This document shows, in pieces, positions 21,701 through 32,873 of a DNA stretch of 64,000 nucleotides. This DNA comes from Histomonas meleagridis 2922-C6/04-290x (Eukaryota > Protista > Parabasalia). Position numbers and translations under genes: made by a program. The number at the start of each line of letters is the position of its first letter. Position 1 is the first letter of the stretch. The DNA is taken from NCBI GenBank assembly GCA_020184695.1, contig JAANOX010000153.1, positions 496,001-560,000 on the forward strand. Direction: 5' to 3'. The notes below the pieces were generated by a model, which worked only from the letters and a program-made list of their open reading frames with translations, did not search any database and was not told where the DNA came from.

Positions 21701-24173
21701 ATGGAACTTTCGAAATCATTAGAATCAATTGTCTATAATCTCAACGAAAAAAATTTCGATCAATCAGTTCAAGCAACAATTAATTTATTTGTAGAAAGGC
21801 TGCCATATACATTTAACTATCTTGTTTCTAGACTTATCTATTCAGCTTTTGTTTCTCAATCAAATAATGAAAATATATACATTAAATATTTATTAACTTT
21901 AAAAGAAAAAGAAGATGAAAAAGTTAAAAACATAAGTGGAACTGAAGCCAATCTTGTTCAAATCTTTTGTAAATATTTACTGAGAACAGAAAAACAAGAA
22001 TCATATTTCCTTCTTGAAAAGATGATCGAAGAAGAAATAATTGAACCATCTTCAGTAAAGAACATAAACACATTTTATTTTTCTCAATATAAAACAAATG
22101 TTTTAAATATTTATTATTAAATAATTCGAATATCAAAAAAATACATCTAAATATGCAATTGCAGGTGGAAACTTAGAAATTATTCATTTATGTGAACAAA
22201 ACAATTCATCGTTTAAAGAAGCACATGAAACAGCAATAGAATTTCATCGAAATGAAATTTTTTTCATTATCTTTATGAAAATAAAATTGGAAAATTTTTC
22301 ATCTTCAAACTCTTCTTTTACAAAATCGAATTCTGATATCGAAAATCAAGATAATTGTAATTTAAGTGAAGAAAATTTAATATATCTTGGGAAAAAATGT
22401 ATTGAATTTAATAATTATGAAATCTTCATGTTTTTAGAAAAAGAAGGAATGAAAATAAATAATGAAATTATAAAAGAAATAGTATCAAAAGGAAATACAT
22501 TCATAATAGAAAGTGATATAGAAAGTCAACGAATTCCAAAAACAATTTTACCATATTCAGTTAAATCAGGAAATATAGAAATAGTAAAATTACTTTTAGA
22601 TAAAGGAATTGATATTCATGCAAAAACCATTCATTTGAATAATTTGAAATATGTTTTAATAATTTGAAATATTTTTTAATAATTTGAAATATTTTTTAAT
22701 AATTTGAAACAGCACTTCATATAGCAGTTAGAAATAATAATATAGAAATAGTAAAATTACTTTTAGATAAAGAAGGAATTGATGTTAATGCAAAAAATAT
22801 TCATTTCAATAATTTAGAATATATTTTAATAATTTTATATATGTTTTAATAATTTGAAATATGTTTTAATAATTTGGAATATGTTTTAATAATTTATAAT
22901 ATATTTTAATAATTTAGAATATGTTTTAATAATTTATAATATATTTTAATAATTTAGAATATGTTTTAATAATTTAAAATATGTTTTAATAATTTGAAAT
23001 ATGTTTTAATAATTTATAATATATTTTAATAATTTAAAATATGTTTTAATAATTTTATATATGTTTTAATAATTTGTAATATGTTTTAAAAATTTGTAAT
23101 ATGTTTTAATAATTTGAAATATTTTTTAATAATTTGAAATATTTTTTAATAATTTGAAACAGCACTTCATATAGCAGTTAGAAATAATAATATAGAAATA
23201 GTAAAATTACTTTTAGATAAAGAAGGAATTGATGTTAATGCAAAAAATATTCATTTCAATAATTTAGAATATATTTTAATAATTTTATATATGTTTTAAT
23301 AATTTGAAATATGTTTTAATAATTTATAATATATTTTAATAATTTAGAATATGTTTTAATAATTTATAATATATTTTAATAATTTAGAATATGTTTTAAT
23401 AATTTAAAATATATTTTGATAATTTAGAATATGTTTTAATAATTTGAAATATGTTTTAATAATTTATAATATATTTTAATAATTTAAAATATGTTTTAAT
23501 AATTTGGAATATGTTTTAATAATTTGTAATATGTTTTAATAATTTGTAATATGTTTTAATAATTTGTAATATGTTTTAATAATTTAAAATATGTTTTAAT
23601 AATTTGTAATATATTTTAATAATTTAGAATATGTTTTAATAATTTGTAATATATTTTAATAATTTAGAATATGTTTTAATAATTTAAAATATGTTTTAAT
23701 AATTTGTAATATATTTTAATAATTTAAAATATGTTTTAATAATTTGTAATATATTTTAATAATTTAGAATATGTTTTAATAATTTGGAATATGTTTTAAT
23801 AATTTTGGATTTATTTTAATAATTTGTAATATGTTTTAATAATTTGGAATATGTTTTAATAATTTGAAATATGTTTTAATAATTTGAAACAGCACTTCAT
23901 ATAGCAGTTAGAAATAATAATATAGAAATAGTAAAATTACTTTTAGATAAAGAAGGAATTGATGTTAATGCAAAAAATATTCATTTTAATAATTTAAAAT
24001 ATATTTTAATAATTTGGAATATGTTTTAATAATTTTATATATGTTTTAATAATTTGAAATATGTTTTAATAATTTAATATATGTTTTAATAATTTGAAAC
24101 AGCATTTGAAATTGCTAAACGGTTGGGTTTCAGAGAAATAATACAATTACTTCGTGAAAAAGGTGCCATTTAG
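21701..24173 (+). pseudogene. DUF3447-ankyrin gene, paralog of 36185-37612, with a 310-bp internal deletion and expanded interrupted ankyrin repeats
   Basis: Near-identical to 36185 onward but lacks the equivalent of 36583-36892. Contains three identical 90-nt ankyrin blocks (22709, 23159, 23889) and a terminal capping block 24099-24173 (TAFEIAKRLGFREIIQLLREKGAI*). Confidence 0.85.
22629..24098 (+). repeat. Four arrays of a 20-nt unit (ATATRTTTTAATAATTT-NNN) inserted in ankyrin loops
   Basis: Arrays at 22629-22708 (4 units), 22799-23158 (18), 23249-23888 (32) and 23979-24098 (6), all exact multiples of 20 nt. Confidence 0.97.
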
Positions 24174-27042
24174 TTCAGACTTTGGTAAGTGTTCTACTAA
24201 TTTTTTGATAAGGTGCACGATTGTACCACTTACCACAACGGGTGACTAGTGGTTTATCTATTTTTAGATTTTAGCAAAATTAAAATATCTCTTAATTGAG
24301 AGATGAGGTTACTCCAAAATAGGCGTATATTTAAATGATTTTTATATGAAAAATCTATATTTTTCCTGTAGCCATTGAGTTAAGAATCAATAATTATTCT
24401 GAGAAGACAATTTTTTAAACGTGCAATGTATCTTCCAAAACATATAAACCACAGAAAAATAAAAACTAAAATATCTAAAAACTCAGCTGAGTCAGCTTCT
24501 TGATATGAAGGGTCTACTACGAATCGTAAAATTTTGCACGTTAATTTTTCTGAAGTTTACTTGAAACAATCGAAGATTTTTTGGAAAAAATTCAAAATTC
24601 CTTATTACAGAATTTATTTCCAAGAACAAAAAGTAATTTCCGGAAAACTATAGATATATTCCTTATCGGATATTATTATATATTGAGAATAACTGTTGTG
24701 TAGGTAAAATAATGCTGGATCATTTAAATTATATAATTTCTTACCTAAAATTGAATGTGTTTTAAAATAAATACAGAATAGTTTTTTCTCATTTTAAAAG
24801 AATTTAGAAGGGCATTACATATTCTAACTTTCATAAAAGTTTTATTGATTTTTATTTAGCATTCAATAGTAAAAATTTGTTTGATTAATGTTCGAACCAA
24901 AAATCATCCTAAATCCAAATGATCCAATTCATCTCAATGAATAATAGAGTTTATAAAAAATAACAAATCATATTATATGTTTTAATATTCAATGATTCAG
25001 AGGTAAACATATGACTTAATTATTTCTTTTTGCTGCGCGTTAGACTTGTTTGGATATTATTACGCAACATCGTAATAGTAACAGAGATTCATATTTCATA
25101 TGGATCTTTCTTGATAACTTCCATTGAAAATATTATGGCATTTGAATTATTTGTTTTGACAATAGCCATTCAAATTATTGGCATTGATATTTTGATACAA
25201 AAATTTCTTGGCATAAAGATTCCTCGATTTGAGAGAAGACTATTTTCATTCAAATTCTCTATGGTTTTTTTACAACAAGAAATTACCTATTGTCCGATCA
25301 AAAATTATTCAAAATCTATCGGGAAAGACGATACATTCAATTCCTTTCAAATACTGATCGTTCATCATTTTTTTTGATCCGATAATATCTTTTAATTTAA
25401 TGATTCACTACTTAAACTAATATATAAATTTTTTTACCACTTGAACAGTTGATGATAAACTTCTAAAAATGACATAAAATATTGGATTACACTCAGTTAT
25501 GAATATCAAATTGCTTTCAATAAAAATTTAATTAAATATTATCAATTAATAGTTTAGCCGATGTTAATCATGTGTATAGAAAATTACTTAAAAAAATTAA
25601 TTCCATACTTGAAAATCGACTAAAAAAAACAAATATTTTTCCCAAGTATTCAAAAAGTTAATTTTGATCGTCGTTCAAATTATTAAAACATATAAAAGCA
25701 GTTGACAAATTTATATGAAGATATAATAATTTTTTAAAATTTCCTCTGAATTAAGTCACTTTTTATTTAAATTTGTGTACGATACAATACACAAACGGTC
25801 ATCTAAGCAAAGACTGGACGTCCCAACTAACCACATCTAAACCAGTATATACAAGTATTGTTGAAAAATGTTTAAAATATTTTTATTCTCTGTTTAATTT
25901 TGTGAATCTTTTTTGTGAGTATCGCTCACTCGTGGCGGAACGAAATTTGATGGATTTATAACCGCAAAATTGATTCAAAAAGTTATTTTTTGTCCAGAGT
26001 CTCCAATAATGAATAAATTGTTTCAAGAATTATCCTATTTATAGAACATATAAATTATAAAAAATTGCAAAGACAGATTTTTGAATTTTTGCTCTGATCT
26101 ATAGATATTGAAAATCTTGTATAACTTAAAAACGGAATGAAAACTAAAAATTATATAAATTAATAATGACTTTTATCAGTTCTATATATTTATTTAATTC
26201 AAACTTCTGTATTTAATCCTAAAGCTCAAAAAAGCATTTTGGAATTTTGGAGATTGCTCAAAAAAAAAAAATTGGTTAAGATAACTTTATTGAATAGAAT
26301 GTGTATATTTATTTATTTATATTTTTTTTAAATTTAGTTCAGTGGAAAATGAAAAAAATTGATTTTCTGATTTGAAACGACCGTTTATTTGGTTGACAGC
26401 GCTGTATTGTTTAAGATTTTTATCACTTTTTGGAATGAAAAAATAAATTTATCTCGTTTTTCTCAGAATATTATTCTTGGGTTTTTATTAATCATAAATG
26501 AAACTATGTAAATATATTATATATTCATAATAGGGTGATAGCTATGTATTAATACATCTATAAATATATCAATACCTTCATTGGTGAAGCCGACGTTATG
26601 TTGTTCGGAGGTTTGGGATAATCTACAGATCCAAGATCTTGTGGCAATTTCACCTTCTTCGGCTTTTGTAAATCGAACAATTGTACATCCGCTTTGAATA
26701 AGCCCAATAACTTTGTCGTTCATGTATTGGAATATTTTTCTATAATTCGACGCATCACTTGTTTTGCAGCAAGTCTGTCCACTATTGGCCGAAGTGCTGT
26801 ATACTAAATCCGAGGCACAGTTTTCAAACGAGAATAATGAATTTACAAAGAAAATCCGACAATATTTACTAAAATTTTAGCATAATTATGCTTGTAAAGT
26901 AAAATATTATATTATCAAAACTGAAGAAGAATTTCCCCGCCAAAACATTCAATTTGAGAAGTTAACGTACGTTTAGAAAGGGACTTTTGTGAAAATCTTA
27001 ATAACGGTTTTGCTCGGAATGTGGCGGTTTTCTATTTTCTAA

Positions 27043-30000
27043 ATGATGTGGTTGTTCATCTCCTTAGCTCTCTGCGAGCTTAAAGCTTCCGACCCAGTAA
27101 TACGACTACCATTTAGAGATCCACAATCCGATATGAAACCTAATTATACTATCTCATTTAATAAACCTAATGTTCATTTCAAAGTCAGAGATAAAGAATA
27201 CATCCAACTTGTTCCTCATGGTGATGGAGTAAACACATCACTCAACATTATTGTTGAACACGCAGGCCCATTAAGAGTTGCTACTTATATAACTGCAACA
27301 TGGGGAAAAGAAGAAATCAATATTGAAGTTTATATAGATGAAATCGCAAGAGTATCAATCAAATCAATCTCCACATTACTTTATCTTTCATCCTATTATA
27401 AGTTTTCTTTGATTGGTTATGATAAATTTGATAACACATTTTCTTCACTAGAAGGTGTTGAAATTAGTTGGGACCCAAAGGGTAGCAAAGACTCATTCAA
27501 TATAGTTGGTTACCAGTTAACAACTTTCACTAAGAAACGAGAATATAATTCATTAAAATATCTTTTCATTCAACCAAAAGAAACAGATGATGTTGTACTT
27601 ACAGCATCTATCAAGAATGGCCCATCAGCCAAGAAAGTTTTACACTTATTCAGACCAATTATATTTCATCCAGATGAATATTATTTATTACCAGGTTCAA
27701 CCACAGACTTACAATTATGTAACGCAATTGTCAATAGCCAAGGCCAAATTGTTCAACAATGTGAACCAGAAAACATCATTGACCTTTCAACAGTCAAAGA
27801 TATCAAAATTATCAATTCCAACACAACCGTTTCATCAGTCACTCCTTATGGCCATGTAACAGCTCTTAAGAAGGGACGTTCCACCATATATGCCAAAGAT
27901 ACAGATATGGACTTCCGTGAAGCATCTGCAAATATTCATGTGTCTCACCCAGCAACCGGCAAATGGCCCGAACAATGGATCAAGATGAAGCCAAAGAAAT
28001 GGCCTACTGATGATCCAGGCCCATACGAACCCACCACAGATACAATAACATTATACAATAAGCGTGGTATCCAACTTATTTCAAATGGAAACCCGAATTG
28101 GGAACTTGTTGGCGATTATGAAAGCGAAGGAAGTCACACAGTTACAGCTCATCTTCGAGAATATGATTTCTCTGTAGCATCGACTGTACATACTTGCAAG
28201 AAGCCTAAAATCAAGCCATCCAAGGTCAAGATTCCATTACATCATGACAATTACCAAATATTTGTCAAACATGGATCTGGATATTTCGATTATAAAGTCA
28301 AGAATACATCAGTTTTAACACTTACACCTGACCACAGAATCATTACAAAGGCAATTGGTAAGACTAAAATTGTTGTATATGATCAAAAGATTCCTGACTT
28401 TAAAGCTAAAGCTAAAATTTATATCAGAGAACTTTCACAAGTTATTATTGACTTACCATACCGTGAATTCTATGTTGGTGATAAAATTGTCTCAAATATA
28501 TCTGCAACTTATGTTGGCAAAGATGGTGAAATGAAGAAATTCGATTACGTACAAGAATCATCAGTCTTTGTTGAAGATGAAAGCATTGTCGACAGGAACT
28601 TGATTTGCCAAAGCGTCGGTTTTTCAACGGTTCAATTCAGTGTTGGCAACGTTCGCTCTGAAAAAGTTATGGTGTCCGTTATCGACAAGCTTAACGTTCG
28701 CTCGCCGATCACAGGCACATCGTTAAAGTGGTTAAATCTTAATAGGAATGGAGGACCAAACTTATGGCCGGATGGTACTACTCAATATTCAGAATTAAAG
28801 TGTGGAGAAGCAACACCAATTCTTAATAATGAAGGAAATATGATAATGTTTAAAGAAGATTATGATGGTGAATGTATATTATCAGTACAAAATGAACGCT
28901 CAGAACATAACCCACATCCAATACTAGCACAAAAGACATTCAAAGTTATCTCCAAAGCAATTACACACTTGGGATTATTTGTTATCGATCCAAATACTAT
29001 CTCACCAAAAGAATGTGGATTTGTTACCAATGAAAAGAGTGAGTCATATTTGACCTCGGTTACAATCCCTGTTAACCATACCTTACAAGGATATTTATAT
29101 GCATATGGTAAAGATGATGAAGAACTTGGACCATTTGATGACCCTGCATTAGAAATCAAAGCTATAGGTAAGTCAGGTAAAGAATACCAAATTTCATTAA
29201 ATGAATTCCAAGTATATGAAGATATGACAATAACAATTAGTGAACCTGAAATACCAAACTATGTATTTAATATCCATGTAATTTATCCACACTACTTAAG
29301 TGAAGATGAATTACCATTTGTATTGTATAACAAAGAAAAGAATCCAATCAATTCCCAAATCATTGAAGGTTCAGGTAACTTCCAAATCATAGGCAACAAT
29401 GTAAACCTTAATGGTGAACGTGAACTTATTATATATCCAAACTCTGAAACCAAACGCACTATACAAATCAATGATATATGTATTCCAGAAAATCAATTTA
29501 AGTTTGATGTCTACACAGAAGCTATAGGGTCATTAACAATCGAAGGTCCGCGTTATGGAGTTATTGGACAACGAATCCAATTAAAGACCATTTTATTGTC
29601 AGTGAATTCACAACCGATCACACCGAAGTCATTTGACTTGATTACATGGGCGTGTAAACCAGACAATTTGACAAAAGTCGATAAGAATCACTGGGAAATC
29701 GTCCCACAAAAGCCCGGCCGAATAAACATTGAAATCTGGGCAGATGACATTCGATCCACTCATGACATTGACATCTATTCTAACATGATCTTCCCAACAG
29801 ATTTCATCAAGACGTTTGTTAATGACAAGACCATCTTGAAAGTAATTGGGGGACCAGACAATACATCACAAATATTATTCATTAGTAATGACACAAATGT
29901 TGTTGAAATTAAAGATGAGAACATAGCAATATCATTACGACCTGGCAATGCTACGATTAAAGCAATTGTACCAGAGAAACCAGAGATGGGCACATGCGAA

Positions 30001-31677
30001 TTAAGGATTAGAGTATTAGAAGCTAAAGAATTAATCTTAGAAATGTCGACTTATACACCGTATGTAGATTCATATGTTAAAATTATACCATTGATTGATA
30101 CTGATGATGGAATTGTTTCAGCAAGAAGTGTCAGTTGGAATGTTGATGGTAATGACAAATGGGAGAAATTATATGATAACTCTTTGATGATCCAAGGTGA
30201 AAAAGAAGGCTATGTCATTATCACTGCTCTTACTCCTCATAGTGTTTCAAAGACAATTAAAATTTATTTCGATTATAAGCTTGAGCTAAATATGCCAAAT
30301 CATTTGTTATTGCCAATTGGTGCTCATTACGACATCAAAGTCCAAAATAATTTACCTGTAAACTATTCAATCCAAACAATTGAAGGCAGTGATGTGGCGA
30401 CCGTTAACGATGATGGCCTTTTAACTATTAATAGCATCGGAAGGTTTGTCATCATCATCAAATACAAACAACAATGGAGAGCAGTCTCTGTAACTGCTTC
30501 AATACCTTCCAGTTTGTATTTGCAATCACAAGCGTCATCCACGTTATATCCACGATTATTAGATATTGATGGACAAGAATATACTGGAAAGAAGAATATT
30601 GACATCAAACCTAATGTTACATATCCATATCTAATTTCTGGTGGTTCATATGCATTTACAATACCTTCTGATGTTACCACTACTTCATATGTAGCATTTA
30701 ATGCTTCATATCAATCAGAATTTAACTTGATGGATACGTCACTTTTGTTCCCATACAAATTGATTCACCCGCAAAACCCAACAATTCAAAGGGGCGCCAC
30801 AATTCAATTTATTTGCCACTCCAAACAACAATATTGGAGATCGTTAAACGAAAGAGTGGCGACCGTTACAGACGGCGGTTATGTCTATGCGGTTAAAAGT
30901 GGCAAGAGTATTATTCAATGCTCACCTGATATAGATACACCAATTAGAGTAGTAGACTTCGAAGCAGTGTCATTAGAAAAGGTTAGCAAGACCTTGTATA
31001 AGATAGTTTCACAATTGTCAGATAATGATGTTGATCCATCAACATTACAATATTCAGATGATATGTCATACTTATGTCAATGGGATGCAACAGAATGTGG
31101 TTCTGTTAAACATATTACCATGAATAACTCACACTATTGTCTTATTAACTTCTATGATCGAAGATTATGTCCATTACATTCTAACTTACAAGTACTTGTC
31201 GAATCGCCTAAAGCAAGTCTTAAGCTCAAAGGAGTCATAGATTATAAGTACAAATATGACTTATTTGGAATCCCATCGACATTTAATGTATCTTTAACTG
31301 ACAAAGAACCATTTGTGGACTTTAAGATCAACCCATCCATCGACGAAATATACTTAGAAGTACCTAAAGGTATTGTACGTACATTCCGTGATAATCATAC
31401 AATACGTATCACCGCTCTGAAGGAGTTCACAGGTCCTGGATTCGTTGTTCTTGAGCATAAAGAAAAAGGAGAACGCGTTAGGATAACAGTTGTTAGAGGT
31501 AAGTCTAGATGGAGTTCAATATATTTGGATACCAGGAACGTCTTCCTAAGTAAGTTCTTGCTTTATGCTTCTGTTTTCATTACTTTTGTTTTTATCTCTT
31601 TCTATGTATACAAACTTGGCGCTGGTGAGCTCAACTTCAATTACACACCTTATAAACCAAAGTTAAAACGTCAATAA
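27043..31677 (+). CDS. NUP210: Nuclear pore membrane glycoprotein gp210
   Basis: Signal peptide, long Ig-like lumenal region including GYDKFDNTFSSLEGVEISW (a gp210 hallmark), a single C-terminal TM helix and a short basic tail; 1544 aa. Confidence 0.85.
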   Translation: MMWLFISLALCELKASDPVIRLPFRDPQSDMKPNYTISFNKPNVHFKVRDKEYIQLVPHGDGVNTSLNIIVEHAGPLRVATYITATWGKEEINIEVYIDEIARVSIKSISTLLYLSSYYKFSLIGYDKFDNTFSSLEGVEISWDPKGSKDSFNIVGYQLTTFTKKREYNSLKYLFIQPKETDDVVLTASIKNGPSAKKVLHLFRPIIFHPDEYYLLPGSTTDLQLCNAIVNSQGQIVQQCEPENIIDLSTVKDIKIINSNTTVSSVTPYGHVTALKKGRSTIYAKDTDMDFREASANIHVSHPATGKWPEQWIKMKPKKWPTDDPGPYEPTTDTITLYNKRGIQLISNGNPNWELVGDYESEGSHTVTAHLREYDFSVASTVHTCKKPKIKPSKVKIPLHHDNYQIFVKHGSGYFDYKVKNTSVLTLTPDHRIITKAIGKTKIVVYDQKIPDFKAKAKIYIRELSQVIIDLPYREFYVGDKIVSNISATYVGKDGEMKKFDYVQESSVFVEDESIVDRNLICQSVGFSTVQFSVGNVRSEKVMVSVIDKLNVRSPITGTSLKWLNLNRNGGPNLWPDGTTQYSELKCGEATPILNNEGNMIMFKEDYDGECILSVQNERSEHNPHPILAQKTFKVISKAITHLGLFVIDPNTISPKECGFVTNEKSESYLTSVTIPVNHTLQGYLYAYGKDDEELGPFDDPALEIKAIGKSGKEYQISLNEFQVYEDMTITISEPEIPNYVFNIHVIYPHYLSEDELPFVLYNKEKNPINSQIIEGSGNFQIIGNNVNLNGERELIIYPNSETKRTIQINDICIPENQFKFDVYTEAIGSLTIEGPRYGVIGQRIQLKTILLSVNSQPITPKSFDLITWACKPDNLTKVDKNHWEIVPQKPGRINIEIWADDIRSTHDIDIYSNMIFPTDFIKTFVNDKTILKVIGGPDNTSQILFISNDTNVVEIKDENIAISLRPGNATIKAIVPEKPEMGTCELRIRVLEAKELILEMSTYTPYVDSYVKIIPLIDTDDGIVSARSVSWNVDGNDKWEKLYDNSLMIQGEKEGYVIITALTPHSVSKTIKIYFDYKLELNMPNHLLLPIGAHYDIKVQNNLPVNYSIQTIEGSDVATVNDDGLLTINSIGRFVIIIKYKQQWRAVSVTASIPSSLYLQSQASSTLYPRLLDIDGQEYTGKKNIDIKPNVTYPYLISGGSYAFTIPSDVTTTSYVAFNASYQSEFNLMDTSLLFPYKLIHPQNPTIQRGATIQFICHSKQQYWRSLNERVATVTDGGYVYAVKSGKSIIQCSPDIDTPIRVVDFEAVSLEKVSKTLYKIVSQLSDNDVDPSTLQYSDDMSYLCQWDATECGSVKHITMNNSHYCLINFYDRRLCPLHSNLQVLVESPKASLKLKGVIDYKYKYDLFGIPSTFNVSLTDKEPFVDFKINPSIDEIYLEVPKGIVRTFRDNHTIRITALKEFTGPGFVVLEHKEKGERVRITVVRGKSRWSSIYLDTRNVFLSKFLLYASVFITFVFISFYVYKLGAGELNFNYTPYKPKLKRQ

Positions 31678-31787
31678 ACCATTGAATTCAAATTTATTGA
31701 AAAAGTTGCGGTTTTATCGTTCGGATAAATTTTTATAAACATTTATTTCTAACGTATATCTGTGACGTTAAGATGAAATGACACTGA

Positions 31788-32303
31788 ATGAGCCGTCACC
31801 TGATGTGCGTTGTCGGAGATAGGCAGTGGGCAAGACATGCCTTCTTGTAAAGTGCTGCACTGGGATATTCCCAAAAGTTCCAGCCTTTGGTGGTTATAGT
31901 GTAAATATGCTTTTCGAAAATATAGCTGTTTTTTGGGAATGGAAGATACACCAGGTCAACATGAATGTTGTTGTCCTTTGTTTTTCAATTAGTTCACGAG
32001 AATCTCTTCAAAATACCCAAGATGTGTGGGTTCCAGAAGTTAAAAAATATTTTTTAACCCTTCAACACCATATATTTTAGTTGGATTGAAAAGTATCTTC
32101 GTGATTGTTCCGATAATTCTGATGATTTGATAACAATTTCAAGACCAGAAGGTGAAGAAATGAAAAATATAATTGGTGTATCATATTATTTTGAATGTTC
32201 TGCATTAAAAGATTATAATCTTCTCAATGTATTTGAGTATGCAGTTAAAGCAGTTCTGCACAAAGACAATGAACAACGAATGATGGCGGATGTTGCACAA
32301 TGA
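31788..32303 (+). pseudogene. Rho/Rac-family GTPase pseudogene
   Basis: CVVG..AVGKTCLL, VVVLCFSISSRESLQN.QDVWVPEV, PYILVGLKS.LR and YFECSALK are spread over several frames; the switch regions are missing. Confidence 0.8.
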
Positions 32304-32873
32304 GTTAGTGATGAGAAAACCATTTCGAAAAATGTTATTAATCAAGATAGTGTGCTCCAAATCATTAATAAATGATGTTCGTGTTTTTGTTTTCTTTGTA
32401 TAAACACCTTCGTTGTGGAAATTAACAGAGCTAATTCAATATTTAGGAAAATGTAACAAAAAAAAAAAAAACGAGTCTGTTTATACAAATTGAACGAATA
32501 AATATTTAAGCTCTTTCTATGCCACCTAAAGTTGTAAAAATATGGAACATGAATGGACAAATGGCAACATATTTTTCAAAAAGTGATGACTCAAAAGTCT
32601 ATCGGAGCGATTACTTAATCACAAAAAGTTGTTTCAAAAATGTGACTTTATCACATTATTCTCAATAATTAAAATCCATGTTCCTTTGATTTTTTAATGC
32701 CTTCTATATAACTGTTGGAGTAGTAAAATTGTTTTCCTTTATATAAAATTAATGATATAATTCCATTCTTCAATATTTGACTAAGTCTGTTGCCAAATTT
32801 GAGAGCTATCGTTGCCATTTGATAATGTTCTGAATTTTTTGTTTGAAAAGTGCCAAAACTGACATTTCTCTTC

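Noticed and set aside
22799-23160. U12-type AT-AC intron (AT-TCAT...GAAAC)
   Set aside because: Joining at AT..AC puts the downstream block out of frame, there is no ATATCCTT 5' consensus, and the loop residues would still be missing.
22629-24098. CRISPR array or telomeric/simple satellite
   Set aside because: Eukaryotic context, no cas genes and no unique 25-45-nt spacers. Units abut directly, and the arrays sit at a fixed codon position in ankyrin repeats.
26517-26890. Degenerate secreted-type ORF on the minus strand
   Set aside because: The frame extends upstream of ATG 26723 but has no in-frame start, and no family was recognised.
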